The notes: generated from the letters alone by a model not told the origin. A stretch of 63,487 nucleotides of DNA, filler included, from Octopus bimaculoides (GCF_001194135.2; 6 parts of 6 records of this genome joined end to end with filler, not necessarily neighbours in it); one strand, 5' to 3'. Counted from the whole stretch's first letter, positions 49,736 to 61,439 are shown. Numbers and translations are program-made.

Positions 49736-50429
49736 CACTTTTTTAAAATCAATATATAAACAATTTGAAAATAAACTTTCAAATTGAAAAGAAAAAAAAA
49801 CATCTTTCAGTTTCATTTTAGTGACCGTTAAATGCCGAATTTGGCTGAGTTTGCTCCTTAAATTTCTGGATATTTAAAACGAAAATAATATTTTAGGTTA
49901 TATATTCAAGAGGACGTTGCTAATTCCATATCTGTTGCTTTTCAAAAAGATGCCCAAGAAGGGAGAATTTATGTGGTCACTCAAACAGTATAATGTAGAA
50001 GCCAAATTTCGCAAACATACGACAGTGTCTCTTGACTTGCAAGAAATGGTATCCACATTTCACTCACATTGTATCCTACACTCTTAAGAGAGGATGAGTG
50101 CATTTTTATAAAGCACCCCAGGGTTTTCGGAACGTTGTTCATAGTTAGAACGTCTTCCATCATAGACCTTCTTTGATTACGGCTAACCTGTTAGTAACCT
50201 GTTAGCGATTTGAAATCTCTTTACAATATGATTTATTATCATCATTTTTAGTTGTACCAGAATTGGCTTTACGCTTTTAGAGAAACTGAAATGGTGGCAC
50301 TCCTAAAGATATTAGCGGTTTAAGTTGAGATAAATTAAAATAGTGTCAACTAGTGACTGAACCTGCATCACCATCCATCTCGATATATTGGAGTGCTCGC
50401 CACACTTTTCTTTTTAATATATTGAATAT

Positions 50430-50643
50430 AGCTTTCAAATTTTGGCACAGGACCAGCAATGTTTAGGGGTGGGGTAAGGCCATTACATCAATCCCAGTGT
50501 TCAACTGGTACTTATTTTATCGACTTCGAAAGGATGAAAAGCAAAGTCAACCTCGGTGGGGTTTGAACTCAGAACGTAAAGACGAACGAAACACCACTAG
50601 GCATTTTGCCTGGCGTGCTAACGATTCTGTCAGCTCGCCACCT
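50430..50643 (-). mobile_element. SINE family A
   Basis: Reverse-complement copy ending ctaacgattctgtcagctcgccacctt. Confidence 0.8.
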
Positions 50644-51289
50644 TATATCGAATATTGATTTCTTTTGTCGGTGGGAAGCTTAGATTAGTGCTACACGATT
50701 TGACATCCAGCATTTAGTTAAATCGCTTTATATTCTAAGTTAAAAGTTGATCAAAGTTTACTTAATTTCTCAAGCTTACAAAGTCAGCAAAAAAACATTT
50801 CCTAATGATCAAGCCGGTTTGTAATCAAAAGATTCCCATCGGTTAATTCAGATTAATTCTGTATCTGAAACCATATCATCGAATGCCTTCTTCCCTGTTT
50901 TTAGTCGGTAGTGGCGGGATTTGAGGGAGATTTGCTTACTATCTCTAGAAGCTCAAGCGAACGCGTAGATGTTCCTTCCTTGGCTCGGAATAAGAACCGG
51001 GCCGTTACTAAATGTTTTCTCTATATTTGTGAATTTGTGCCTAAGTTAGAAATCATTGTTATTATAACAGGCGCAGAAGAACGCAGAAGAGATGCCTTTA
51101 AATGCCATGTCTATTGTGGCTGAAAGAACGTTACAATAAGAACCAGAAATGATATGGAACGTTTTCAGAAGTCTGTACTACATACCTGTAACGTTTAACC
51201 AGTCAAAAAAGTTTCGCTCTCAATAAAGGAGACTCAACATTTGACGAGAAAGCTTCACTAGTCAAAAGACAGAAACACATCAGCCAAGA

Positions 51290-54200
51290 ATGAAATCTAA
51301 CCAAAGCAAAGGTCCATCTAAACACATCGGTCGAGACGGCATCACCAAATTAGGGAGTGTAAGCAGTGAATTTGGGAGTCTCTCTAGTGATGAACTAGGG
51401 AGTACAACTAGCGAATTAGGAAGTATTGCAAGTGAACGAGCGAGCTCAAGTAGTGAACAAGAAGATGTCATCTGCGAAGAGAGCATCGACGTTGGAAAGG
51501 CACTTGGCGGAGAAAAAGGGAACTTTTCTATTCTCAAAGGAAGGAAGACTCGTCAACCAGATTATCTTACCGATGAAAAAGAAGCTCGTATCAGTCCACA
51601 AGAGAGAACAGCCAGTTCAAAAAGGGAAATTCCCCAATCACCAACGAAGCTTGATGCAACAGAGGCGTCTGAACATAGAAGAAGAGAGAGGAGTATCGTC
51701 AGTAATCAACTAGGGTCTATAACCAGTGAATACGGAAGCTACGGTAGTGAACAAGCAAGCCTAAGTAGTGAACAAGAGGATGCCATCTCCGAAGAGACCA
51801 TCATTGCTGAAGCCGAAAAGAGGAACTTGTCTTTCCCCGCAAAAAGGACGACTGGTCAACCAGATTATCATGCCGATGTAAAAGGGGTTCGTATCAGTCC
51901 ACAAGGGAACATAATTAGTCAAACCAGGGAAAATCCCCAATCACGAGCGAAACTTGATGCAACAGGGAGCATCGCCAGTAGTCAACTAGGGAGTGTTACC
52001 ACTGAATACGGAAGCCCAGGAAGTGAACAAGCGAGCCTATGTAGTGACGAAGAAACCCTCATCTTTCCACAAGGAAGAATAATCTGCGATCAAAGGGCCG
52101 TCACCAGTAAAGACGACTGCTGCCTCTATTCACGACTGAAGCGCATCAGTGAAGAAGGCAGTATTATCAGTGAAGAAGAGATCCACTTTAGTAAAAGAGA
52201 CGGCTTCGTTTGTGAGCAAACCATCACCGGTCAACAAAGGCCCCACTCTTGTACAGGGAAGGGCATCGTTTGTGAACAAGGCAACATAATCTGTCGACAA
52301 TGTGGTTCCACATGCCCACAAGAGAAGATCATCAGTCGACAAAAGTCCAACATTTGTGCAGGGAAGGGCTTCGTTTGTGAACAAAGCAATGTAACCTGTC
52401 AAGAATGTGGCCTCACATGCCAACAAGAGAAGGTCATCAGTCAACAAAAGTTTTGCACTTGTGCAAAAGAGGGCTTCGTTTGCGATCGAAGCAAAATAAT
52501 CTGTCAACGATGTGGCTTCACATGTCCAAGGGAGGACGTCGTCAGTCAACAAAAGGCCCAGATTTATACAAAAGAGGTCTTAGTTTGTGAACAAAGCAAC
52601 ATAACCGGTCAAGAACAGACCCCCACTAATATACAAAGGGGCCCAATTATTCCAGAAGACAGCGTCATTAGTAAAGAAAGTGACGTCAAAAGTCATCCTG
52701 AGAGCATCACTAGTCAACAAGTAGACGTCGACAGTCAACGAGAGAGCGTCACTAGTAAGGAACAAGACGTCAGCAATCAGCCAGAGAGCATCACTTGTCA
52801 AGAAGGAGAGGTCGACAGAAAACGAGAAAGCATCACAAGTCAACCAGGAATCGTCGGCAGTGCTCGAGAGAGCGTCGTTAGTCAACAATTAGACGTCGAC
52901 AGTCAGCGAGAGTGCCTCATTACTGAAGACGGTGATGTCAAAAGTCAACGAGAGAGCATTACTAGTCAAGAAGGACACATCGACAGTAAACGAGAGAGCA
53001 TCTCAAGTCAACAAAAAATCGTCGACAGTCCTCGACAGAGCGTCACTAGTCAAGAAGGTGATGTCAAAAGTCAACGAGAGAGCATTACTAGTCAAGAAGG
53101 ACACATCGACAGAGAGAGCATCTCAAGTCAACAAAAAACCGTCGACAGTCCTCGACAGAGCGTCACTAGTCAAGAAGGTGAAGTCAAAAGTCAACGAAAG
53201 AGCATTACTAGTCAAGAAGGACACATCGACAGTAAACGAGAGAGCATCGCAAGTCAACAAAAAATCGTCGACAGTCCTCGAGAGAGCGTCACTAGTCAAC
53301 AATTAGATGTCGACAGTCAGCAAGAGTGCATCATTAGGGAAGAAGGTGATGTCAAAAGTCAACGAGAGAGCATTACTAGTCAAGAAGGACTCATCGACAG
53401 TCAACAAGGGAGCGTCACTAGTCCACACATATTCGTCGTAAGTCCTCGAGAGAGCGTCACTAGTCAAGAAGGTGATGTCAAAAGTCAACGAGAGAGCATT
53501 ACTAGTCAAGGACATATCGACAGTCAACGAGGGAGCGTCACTAGTCCACAAAACATCGTCGACAGTCCTCGACAGAGCGTCACTAGTCAAGAAGGTCATG
53601 TCAAAAGTCAACGAGAGAGCATTACTAGTCAAGAAGAACACATCGACAGTAAAGGAGAGAGCATCTCAAGTCAACAAGAAATCATCGACAGTCCTCGACA
53701 GAGCATCACTAGTCAGCAATTAGATGTCGACAGTCAAAGAGAGTGCATCATTACTGAAGAAGGTGATGTCAAAAGTCAACGAGAGAGCATTAATAGTCAA
53801 GAAGGACGCATCGACAGTCAACGAGAGAGCGTCACTAGTCCACAAAACATCGTCGACAGTCCTCGACAGAGCGTCACTAGTCAAGAAGGTCATGTCAAAA
53901 GTCAACGAGAGAGCATTACTAGTCAAGAAGAACGAATCGGCAGTAAACGAGAGAGCATCTCAAGTCAACAAGGAATCGTCGACAGTCCTCGAGAGAGCAT
54001 CACTAGTCAACAATTAGATGTCGACAGTCAACAAGAGTGCATCATTAGGGAAGAAGGTGATGTCAAAAGTCAACGAGAGAGCATTACTAGTCAAGAAGGA
54101 CACATCGACAGTAAACGAGGGAGCATCAATAGTCCACAAATATGCGTCGAAAGTCCTCGAGAGAGCGTCATTAGTCAAGAAGGTGATGTCAAAAGTCAAC

Positions 54201-57200
54201 GAGAGAGCATTACTAGTCAAGGACATATCGACAGTCAACGAGGGAGCGTCACTAGTCCACAAAAAATCGTCGACAGTCCTCGACAGTGCGTCACTAGTCA
54301 AGAAGGTCATGTCAAAAGTCAACGAGAGAGCATTACTAGTCAAGAAGAACACACCGACAGTAAACGAGAGAGCATCTCAAGTCAACAAGAAATCGTCGAC
54401 AGTCCTCGACAGAGCATCACTAGTCAACAATTAGATGTCGACAGTCAAAGAGAGTGCATCATTACTGAAGAAGGTGATGTCAAAAGTCAACGAGAGAGCA
54501 TTAATAGTCAAGAAGGACGCATCGACAGTAAACGAGAGAGCATATCAAGTCAACAAAAAATCGTCGACAGTCCTCGGGAGAGCGTCACTAGTCAAGAAGG
54601 TGATGTCAAAAGTCAACGAGAGAGCATTACTGGTAAAGAAGGACATATCGACAGTAAACGAGAGAGCATCACAAGTCAACAAAGAACCGTCGAGAGTCCT
54701 CGAGAGAGTGTCACTAGTCAACAATTAGATGTCGACAATCAACAAGAGTGCATCATTACTGAAGAAGCTGTCGTCAAAAGTCAACGAGATAGCATTACTA
54801 GTCAAGAAGGAATCATCGACAGTGCTCGAGAGAGCATCAGTAGTCAACTAATTTACATGAACACTCAACGAGAGTGCATCATTAGTGAAGAAGATGTCAA
54901 AAGTGAACGAGAGATCATTACTAGTCAAGAACACATCGGCAGTAAACGAGTGAGCATCACTAGTCAAGAAGGTGACATCAAAAGTCAGCGAGAGAGCAAT
55001 ACAAGTCAAGAAGAACACATCGACAGTAAACGAGAGAGCATCTCAAGTCAACAAGGAATCATCGCCAGTCCTCGAGAGAGCGTCACTAGTCAACAAATAG
55101 ATGTCGACAGTCAACAAGAGTGCATCATTAGGGAAGAAGGTGTCGTCAAAAGTGAACGAGAGAGCATTACTAGTCAAGGACACATCGACAGTAAACGAGA
55201 GAGCATCTCAAGTCAACAAGGAATCATCGCCAGTCCTCGAGAGAGCGTCACTAGTCAACAATTAGACGTCGATAGTCAACAAGAGTGCATCAATAGTCAA
55301 GAAGGTGACGTCAAAAGTGAACGAGAGAGCATTACTAGTCAAGGACACATCGACAGTAAACGAGAGAGCATCTCAAGTCAACATGGAATCATCGCCAGTC
55401 CCCGAGAGAGCGTCACTAGTCAACAAATAGACGTCGACAGTCAACAAGAGTGCATCATTAGGGAAGAAGGTGTCGTCAAAAGTGAACGAGAGAGCATTAC
55501 TAGTCAAGGACACATCGACAGTAAACGAGAGAGCATCTCAAGTCAACAAGGAATCATCGCCAGTCCTCGAGAGAGCGTCACTAGTCAACAAATAGACGTC
55601 GACAGTCAACAAGAGTGCATCATTAGGGAAGAAGGTGTCGTCAAAAGTGAACGAGAGAGCNNNNNNNNNNNNNNNNNNNNNNNNNNNNNNNNNNNNNNNN
55701 NNNNNNNNNNNNNNNNNNNNNNNNNNNNNNNNNNNNNNNNNNNNNNNNNNNNNNNNNNNNNNNNNNNNNNNNNNNNNNNNNNNNNNNNNNNNNNNNNNNN
55801 NNNNNNNNNNNNNNNNNNNNNNNNNNNNNNNNNNNNNNNNNNNNNNNNNNNNNNNNNNNNNNNNNNNNNNNNNNNNNNNNNNNNNNNNNNNNNNNNNNNN
55901 NNNNNNNNNNNNNNNNNNNNNNNNNNNNNNNNNNNNNNNNNNNNNNNNNNNNNNNNNNNNNNNNNNNNNNNNNNNNNNNNNNNNNNNNNNNNNNNNNNNN
56001 NNNNNNNNNNNNNNNNNNNNNNNNNNNNNNNNNNNNNNNNNNNNNNNNNNNNNNNNNNNNNNNNNNNNNNNNNNNNNNNNNNNNNNNNNNNNNNNNNNNN
56101 NNNNNNNNNNNNNNNNNNNNNNNNNNNNNNNNNNNNNNNNNNNNNNNNNNNNNNNNNNNNNNNNNNNNNNNNNNNNNNNNNNNNNNNNNNNNNNNNNNNN
56201 NNNNNNNNNNNNNNNNNNNNNNNNNNNNNNNNNNNNNNNNNNNNNNNNNNNNNNNNNNNNNNNNNNNNNNNNNNNNNNNNNNNNNNNNNNNNNNNNNNNN
56301 NNNNNNNNNNNNNNNNNNNNNNNNNNNNNNNNNNNNNNNNNNNNNNNNNNNNNNNNNNNNNNNNNNNNNNNNNNNNNNNNNNNNNNNNNNNNNNNNNNNN
56401 NNNNNNNNNNNNNNNNNNNNNNNNNNNNNNNNNNNNNNNNNNNNNNNNNNNNNNNNNNNNNNNNNNNNNNNNNNNNNNNNNNNNNNNNNNNNNNNNNNNN
56501 NNNNNNNNNNNNNNNNNNNNNNNNNNNNNNNNNNNNNNNNNNNNNNNNNNNNNNNNNNNNNNNNNNNNNNNNNNNNNNNCCGAGAGAGCGTCACTAGTCA
56601 ACAAATAGACGTCGACAGTCAACAAGAGTGCATCATTAGGGAAGAAGGTGTCGTCAAAAGTGAACGAGAGAGCATTACTAGTCAAGGACACATCGACAGT
56701 AAACGAGAAAGCATCTCAAGTCAACAAGGAATCATCGCCAGTCCTCGAGAGAGCGTCACTAGTCAACAACTAGACGTCCACAGTCAACAAGAGTGCATCA
56801 TTAGTCAAGAAGGTGATGTCAAAAGTGAACGAGAGAGCATTACTAGTCACGAAAGAGTCATTGACAGGCACCGGGAGAGCATCACTATTCAAAAAGACTT
56901 TGACAGTCAACGAGAGAGCATCATCCATCATCAGGGATGCCTTAAAATTCAACAAGAAACCCCCACTAGTAAAGGTAACGTCACCAGTCAGCGAGAAAGG
57001 TTTACTAGTGAAGAAAGATACGTAAAATTTCAACGAGAGAGCATCACTAGTCAAAACGAAGCCGTCAAAAGTCAACGAGAGTGTATTACTTGTCAAGGAG
57101 ACGTCGACAGTGAACGAGAGAGCATTTGTAGTCAAGGATTCGTCAGATATCAACGAGAGAGCTTCAGTAGTCAACAAGGAGTGTGCATCACTTGTCAACA

Positions 57201-58425
57201 AGAAGAGAACATGACTATTCAAGAAGGATACGGGAAAATTCAACGAGAGAGCATCACTAGACAAAAAGAGACCATTCCCGTTCATCAAGAGACCCACACC
57301 ATTCAAGATGGAAGCTTCTACAGTGCACATCAGCAAGCCAGCCCCGTCAGTCAAGAAAGATGCTTAAACAGCCAAGAAATCTACATCGACCACCAAGCCA
57401 GACACATCTGTCAACAAGCTATATTCACCAATCAGAACAAAGAGCAAATCCCCAGCTGTCCCGAAAGTAGCCTCAGTAGTCTAAAAGGAAGCGCTACCAG
57501 TGAAGAAGAGAGCAAGCCTACCAGTCAAGAAGTCCTTGCCAATCAAGATGGAGCCATTCTCAGTGAGCAAGGGCGTATAACCACTCAAAAAGCGATCCTC
57601 ATCAACAAGCGAATGAAACCTATCTGTCAACGTGCGAATACACCTAAGATACGAGTGAATCTAGCTATTCAGCAGGCGGGCCTCAGAAATCAACAGGATC
57701 GTTTCACTAGTCAAAAACCATGCTCAGTTTGTCAGCAAGGGAGTCTTTCCAGACACCGAGTCATCGCCTGCAACCGATATGTGAACCATCAAATAAACAT
57801 CACCAAATCAAGCAAGTGCTTTACCAACCAACAAAGGAACTTCATTCAACATACGGGCCATAGTAACCAATATCGGAACCTTACCAACTATCAACGGAGC
57901 CTCACCAGCCATCAACAGAGCCTCTCTAACCAACAACATTTTCTCGTTATGCAAGAAATGGCCGTCGCTGATCTAATGCAAAACGTCGTTGTCAAACGAA
58001 GGACATTTACGTCCCCACAGGATATCTACACAAGACAACAATGTATCCAGTATAGGAGCCACCCCAACGAGCAGATCTTCCATATTGGGCAACAAGAGTA
58101 TGCCGGCTGTCGACACGTGGGCCTCAGCTCACAAGAGGGAAACAGCAGCAAATATGTATTTCGCACCAGCAAACACGTGTGCCATGACAACAAGCAACAT
58201 TACCACATCAGGCATCAAGGTGGCCTCACTAGGCCACAAGTCGGCCCCAAAAGACAAAAAGGGTGTCCTTTGTGCAGTCATCAGGTCACTGCTTCTGCAA
58301 GTAATAAAAATTCAGGATCCAAGAAGCGATGCTTACCGGCCACCATATGTGTCCCACCAGTAAAGAAAGGGCAGTGCAAGTTAACAAATATCGAGCTTCA
58401 TCGGTCAACGAAGAAATTTCAGTAG
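51290..58425 (+). CDS. Giant orphan S/Q/E/R-rich tandem-repeat protein (about 2,370 aa), apparently single exon, interrupted only by an assembly gap
   Basis: Open for 1,457 codons from ATG 51290 to the gap at 55661. The same repeat frame resumes at 56581 (CGA GAG AGC, RES) and I read it stop-free to TAG 58423-58425 (614 aa). The 1-nt frame offset lies within the estimated N gap. The repeat indels I noted are multiples of 3. An in-frame TGA lies at 51242 and AATAAA at 58520. No family recognised. Confidence 0.8.
52680..57300 (+). repeat. Coding minisatellite: 21/42-bp units with higher-order periods of 165/168, 294, 417 and 711 bp
   Basis: Units such as SQRESIT/SQEGHID/SKRESIS/SQQKIVD/SPRESVT. 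The marker ttagATGtcgac has its ATG at 53307, 53724, 54018, 54435 and 54729. Confidence 0.92.
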
Positions 58426-58519
58426 CTATCAAGCAAGACTTACCATTTGAAGAGTGTCCTTCATTGTGCATGTAGCAATCGAGGAGGGAGAAAAATCAAC
58501 AAACATGATATTGTAACTG

Positions 58520-58525
58520 AATAAA
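58520..58525 (+). terminator. Putative polyadenylation signal of the repeat-protein gene
   Basis: AATAAA about 95 nt after the stop codon. The surrounding sequence is AT-rich, so a chance occurrence is possible. Confidence 0.4.
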
Positions 58526-58628
58526 TTATTTAGAACTCCTGATTCGTCTTACAGTCTCACCAAGATCACATACATACATACATGCATACATACATACATA
58601 CATGCGTGCGTGCACACATGCATATTTG

Positions 58629-58661
<33 letters not shown>

Positions 58662-58761
58662 NNNNNNNNNNNNNNNNNNNNNNNNNNNNNNNNNNNNNNN
58701 NNNNNTTAATTAATTAANNNNNNNNNNNNNNNNNNNNNNNNNNNNNNNNNNNNNNNNNNNN

Positions 58762-59000
58762 TGACAGCAACAGACTGCAGCAATTCACCACATTTCAGAA
58801 GTTACTTTGAACATAATGCAAAATGGTGCATCAACATCTTCTGCCCAATCTGATAGAATTCTGGCAAAACTGTGTAGCAACAGATCGTCAGCAATTGCTT
58901 CATCACAAATTGCTGTCCTAGCTCCTGCGAAAAGGGATTACCCTGCTATGTATAATCAAGGCAGCGCAAAAAGTTGTTTTGCACAAGCATTTCTATAGCC
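58762..59000 (-). mobile_element. Possible Helitron/PIF1 helicase remnant
   Basis: Minus strand IAG*SLFAGARTA..DEA..DAPF..GELLQ..V weakly resembles GIAATLL.GGRTAH..DE..PFGG..GDF.Q.LPV. Confidence 0.25.
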
Positions 59001-59499
59001 AATTAGACGGATGAAATTTACATACGCTTAATAATATTACGTAAAATAGCCTTCAGACTCTCCCCATTAATTTCATCGTCTTTTGAATTATGAACTTATT
59101 TACATCATAAGGGTTTTTTTGTTGTAAGGCTTTCTTTTTTAGTTGATTTTCACATAGCAAGACTTATAGTATATATATAAACGTCAGTGGATTAAATATC
59201 CCCAAAAAGAAGCACACTCTAAATGTTAGAGCAGTAATGTATTTACAGGAAGTTAATTATATGGCTGGTCACTACAAAATTGCCTGAGGTATTGTAATCT
59301 TGTACTTCAAATGCCTACATTCCTTTATGTAGGGAGCTGACCATGTTGATGAATCTTCGAGGATATCTGCATTTCTTAAGAACCACCCAAAGTCCATCAC
59401 AAGACTTTGGGTGGTTCTTAAAAAGCCGAGCCTTTGTAAAGTCTATGAACACCGCATACATAAAAATGATTCGTCAGACTCCAATGGCCGTGGACATAT

Positions 59500-61410
59500 A
59501 ACCCCTTTTCAAACTGGAGATAGAAAAACCGTTCTGATCAGTTAATTTTGTAAACAAAAAGATTTATTGTTTGGGCCTTAAATGGGATGTGTTATTGTCT
59601 GGTCACCAAATTTTTATGGTCTTAATCAACAAGTGGGGATCTCCACTCTTAGGTTGGTTCCAGTCAGCAATTATGTTTTATGCCCCTAATCAACAAACGT
59701 GGAATCCTATACCTGCAGCAGGTAGCGTTTGAAATGTGGAGAAGGGCTATTGATCTCATTTCTGGACTTTAAAAGGGTATTTGGGTCAAGTGAGTCTTTA
59801 AGGATCCTTGGCTGTTCTGCTATGCAAAGCTTGCATTATCCTCTCCTGGTTATATAGGACCCCAGTAGCTCTAAGAGCCTCCATTTAATTGTGTATGGAG
59901 TTCCTTCATCTTTAAAGTGTCACATATGGCTGGCCAAGGACATGATGTAACATCTTTCCAGAATCCTAAAAGAGGACCTATGGCTGTACAGGCATCGCTT
60001 AAAGGTAGTTCTGGCTGAACAGATGTATATCCGAGCTTGAGTGTTGATTGTACTATCATCTCTATTGTTTCTTCCATTGGTCCCAGGCCTGATGTTCCTG
60101 TTGTTGGAGCTGTTGTCACTGCTGTTATTACAGGGTGTGAGTCCAGTGATTCCGCTGTTGCTGACGTAGTAGTCATCTCTGGCTGCAGTGTTGGTGTTGC
60201 TCCTGCTGTTGCTGGTGGTGTTGGAGCTGCTGTTGGTGTTGTTATTTCTGGGCAAGAGACCAGTAGTTTCATTGGTTGTGGCATGGCTATCATCTCAAGC
60301 CAAAAGGCTGGTGTTGGTGCTGTGGTTGTAGTTGTTGCTGTTGGTGTCTCTGCTGCTTAATGCGTTGGTGCTGCCTTCAATGCTGCCAATGTTGTTGCCA
60401 ATGTTAGATGAGCTGCTGCTATTATTCTGGTTGTTAGGGCTGGATACCACCACAGCCTCATATATGACCTCCTTGGCCTTCCCACTAGGCAATCATTGTA
60501 CTTCCTGCATGAGCACCCAGCCTCTGCTCATGGGGTGTTCACTAATACTTTTTTGATGTCAGATGCACAACTAAAGGAGATTCTTAGGTTGTGCCTATGG
60601 AACAAATGTCCATACTTGTGTGTCTGTGTGAAGTGCTTGTTCACTAACCTAAAGAAAATCCTTTCTCCACAAGTTTTAATATTAAAAGAGCAGGGTGGAG
60701 CAAACTAAATGACCTTCCAGTGGTGCATCCTTTTGCGGGTGCTAGGCCTGGCATACAGATTTGGTCCTTAAACCCACTGAATGCTGGGGCCTTGTTGTAA
60801 TAGGAGGTCATGATGTCAAAACTTTCTTGATTCAAGAACAGGTCTGAGATCCTCTTGCTGACACCCTTCACTAGGTTCCTGAACATGATAGGTGGGTGGT
60901 AGGAGGCTGTGTTGATGTAGGAAAGCTTCTCGTTTGGTTTGCAGTAAGGCCTGTATGAACTGGAGCCCACGTCTAGCGGGATGTCTAGGAAGTTTACATT
61001 GGTGAGCTTGGTCTCAATTGTTATTTTGAGTGCCATGGAGCCCAGGGCGCTTGTCAGATCCTTTCTAAGTCGATCTGATGGCCAGAGTATCATCTCTATA
61101 AAGATCAAAGAGGACTGAAGTGAACTTCTTCCCTATGGCGTCCAGGATATATGGCCCAATGTGGTCACAAATGTCAGTGCTGTCGTAGGGTCCCATTGCC
61201 ACATTGAAGGAGCCCTCAGGGTCGGTTTGTTTTACCCAGATTGAACCTTTATTAAACAGCATCATTTCCCTGGCATGCATAATGTCTATGTCTCTATCGC
61301 TAATGTCAGTGAAGCCCCTAGCATAGGAAAGTGCTTTGACCTGTAATCCTATCAGTATTGACAGGTAAAAGTTGACTATGTCAAATTGGGTGAACCTTGC
61401 TCTACCTCTT
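59500..61410 (-). mobile_element. Penelope-like retroelement (RT plus GIY-YIG), 5'-truncated and degenerate
   Basis: Minus-strand RT motifs RFTQFDIVNFY, FNVAMGPYDSTDIC, LYRDDTL, VNFLDIPLD and YRPYCKPNEKLSYINTASYHPP, then FAPP..RLVNKHF..RISFSC. Endonuclease motifs VIYEA, IYICSARTTFKR..HRSSF and CKLCIAE. The ORF track labels 60644-61108 as +, but that protein is encoded on the minus strand. Confidence 0.88.
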
Positions 61411-61439
61411 CCCTAGTTGGCATTAAATTATGAAATTAC

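Noticed and set aside
52932-54728. Head-to-tail ORFs in a second + frame joined by TAG-ATG, and antisense ORFs over the repeat gene
   Set aside because: Shadows of the repetitive codon usage of the main frame (ttagatgtc = L-D-V). Their boundaries simply track the repeat period.
52680-55660. CRISPR-like regular 42-bp periodicity
   Set aside because: There are no unique spacers, no cas genes, and the context is eukaryotic. It is a coding minisatellite.
51290-56608. Track ORF ending ERASLVNK* at 56608
   Set aside because: The frame after the gap is offset by the estimated gap length. The repeat frame resumes at 56581 and runs to 58425.
60040-60445. Penelope insert as a spliceosomal intron
   Set aside because: A minus-strand GT and AG can be found, but there is no polypyrimidine tract and the frame stays almost open. 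It was treated as a coding insert instead, pending RNA data.
60644-61108. ORF listed on the + strand in the supplied track
   Set aside because: The listed protein (MIFIEMILW...YRPYCKPNEK) is the translation of the reverse complement from 61108, so it is a minus-strand Penelope RT fragment and the strand label is wrong.
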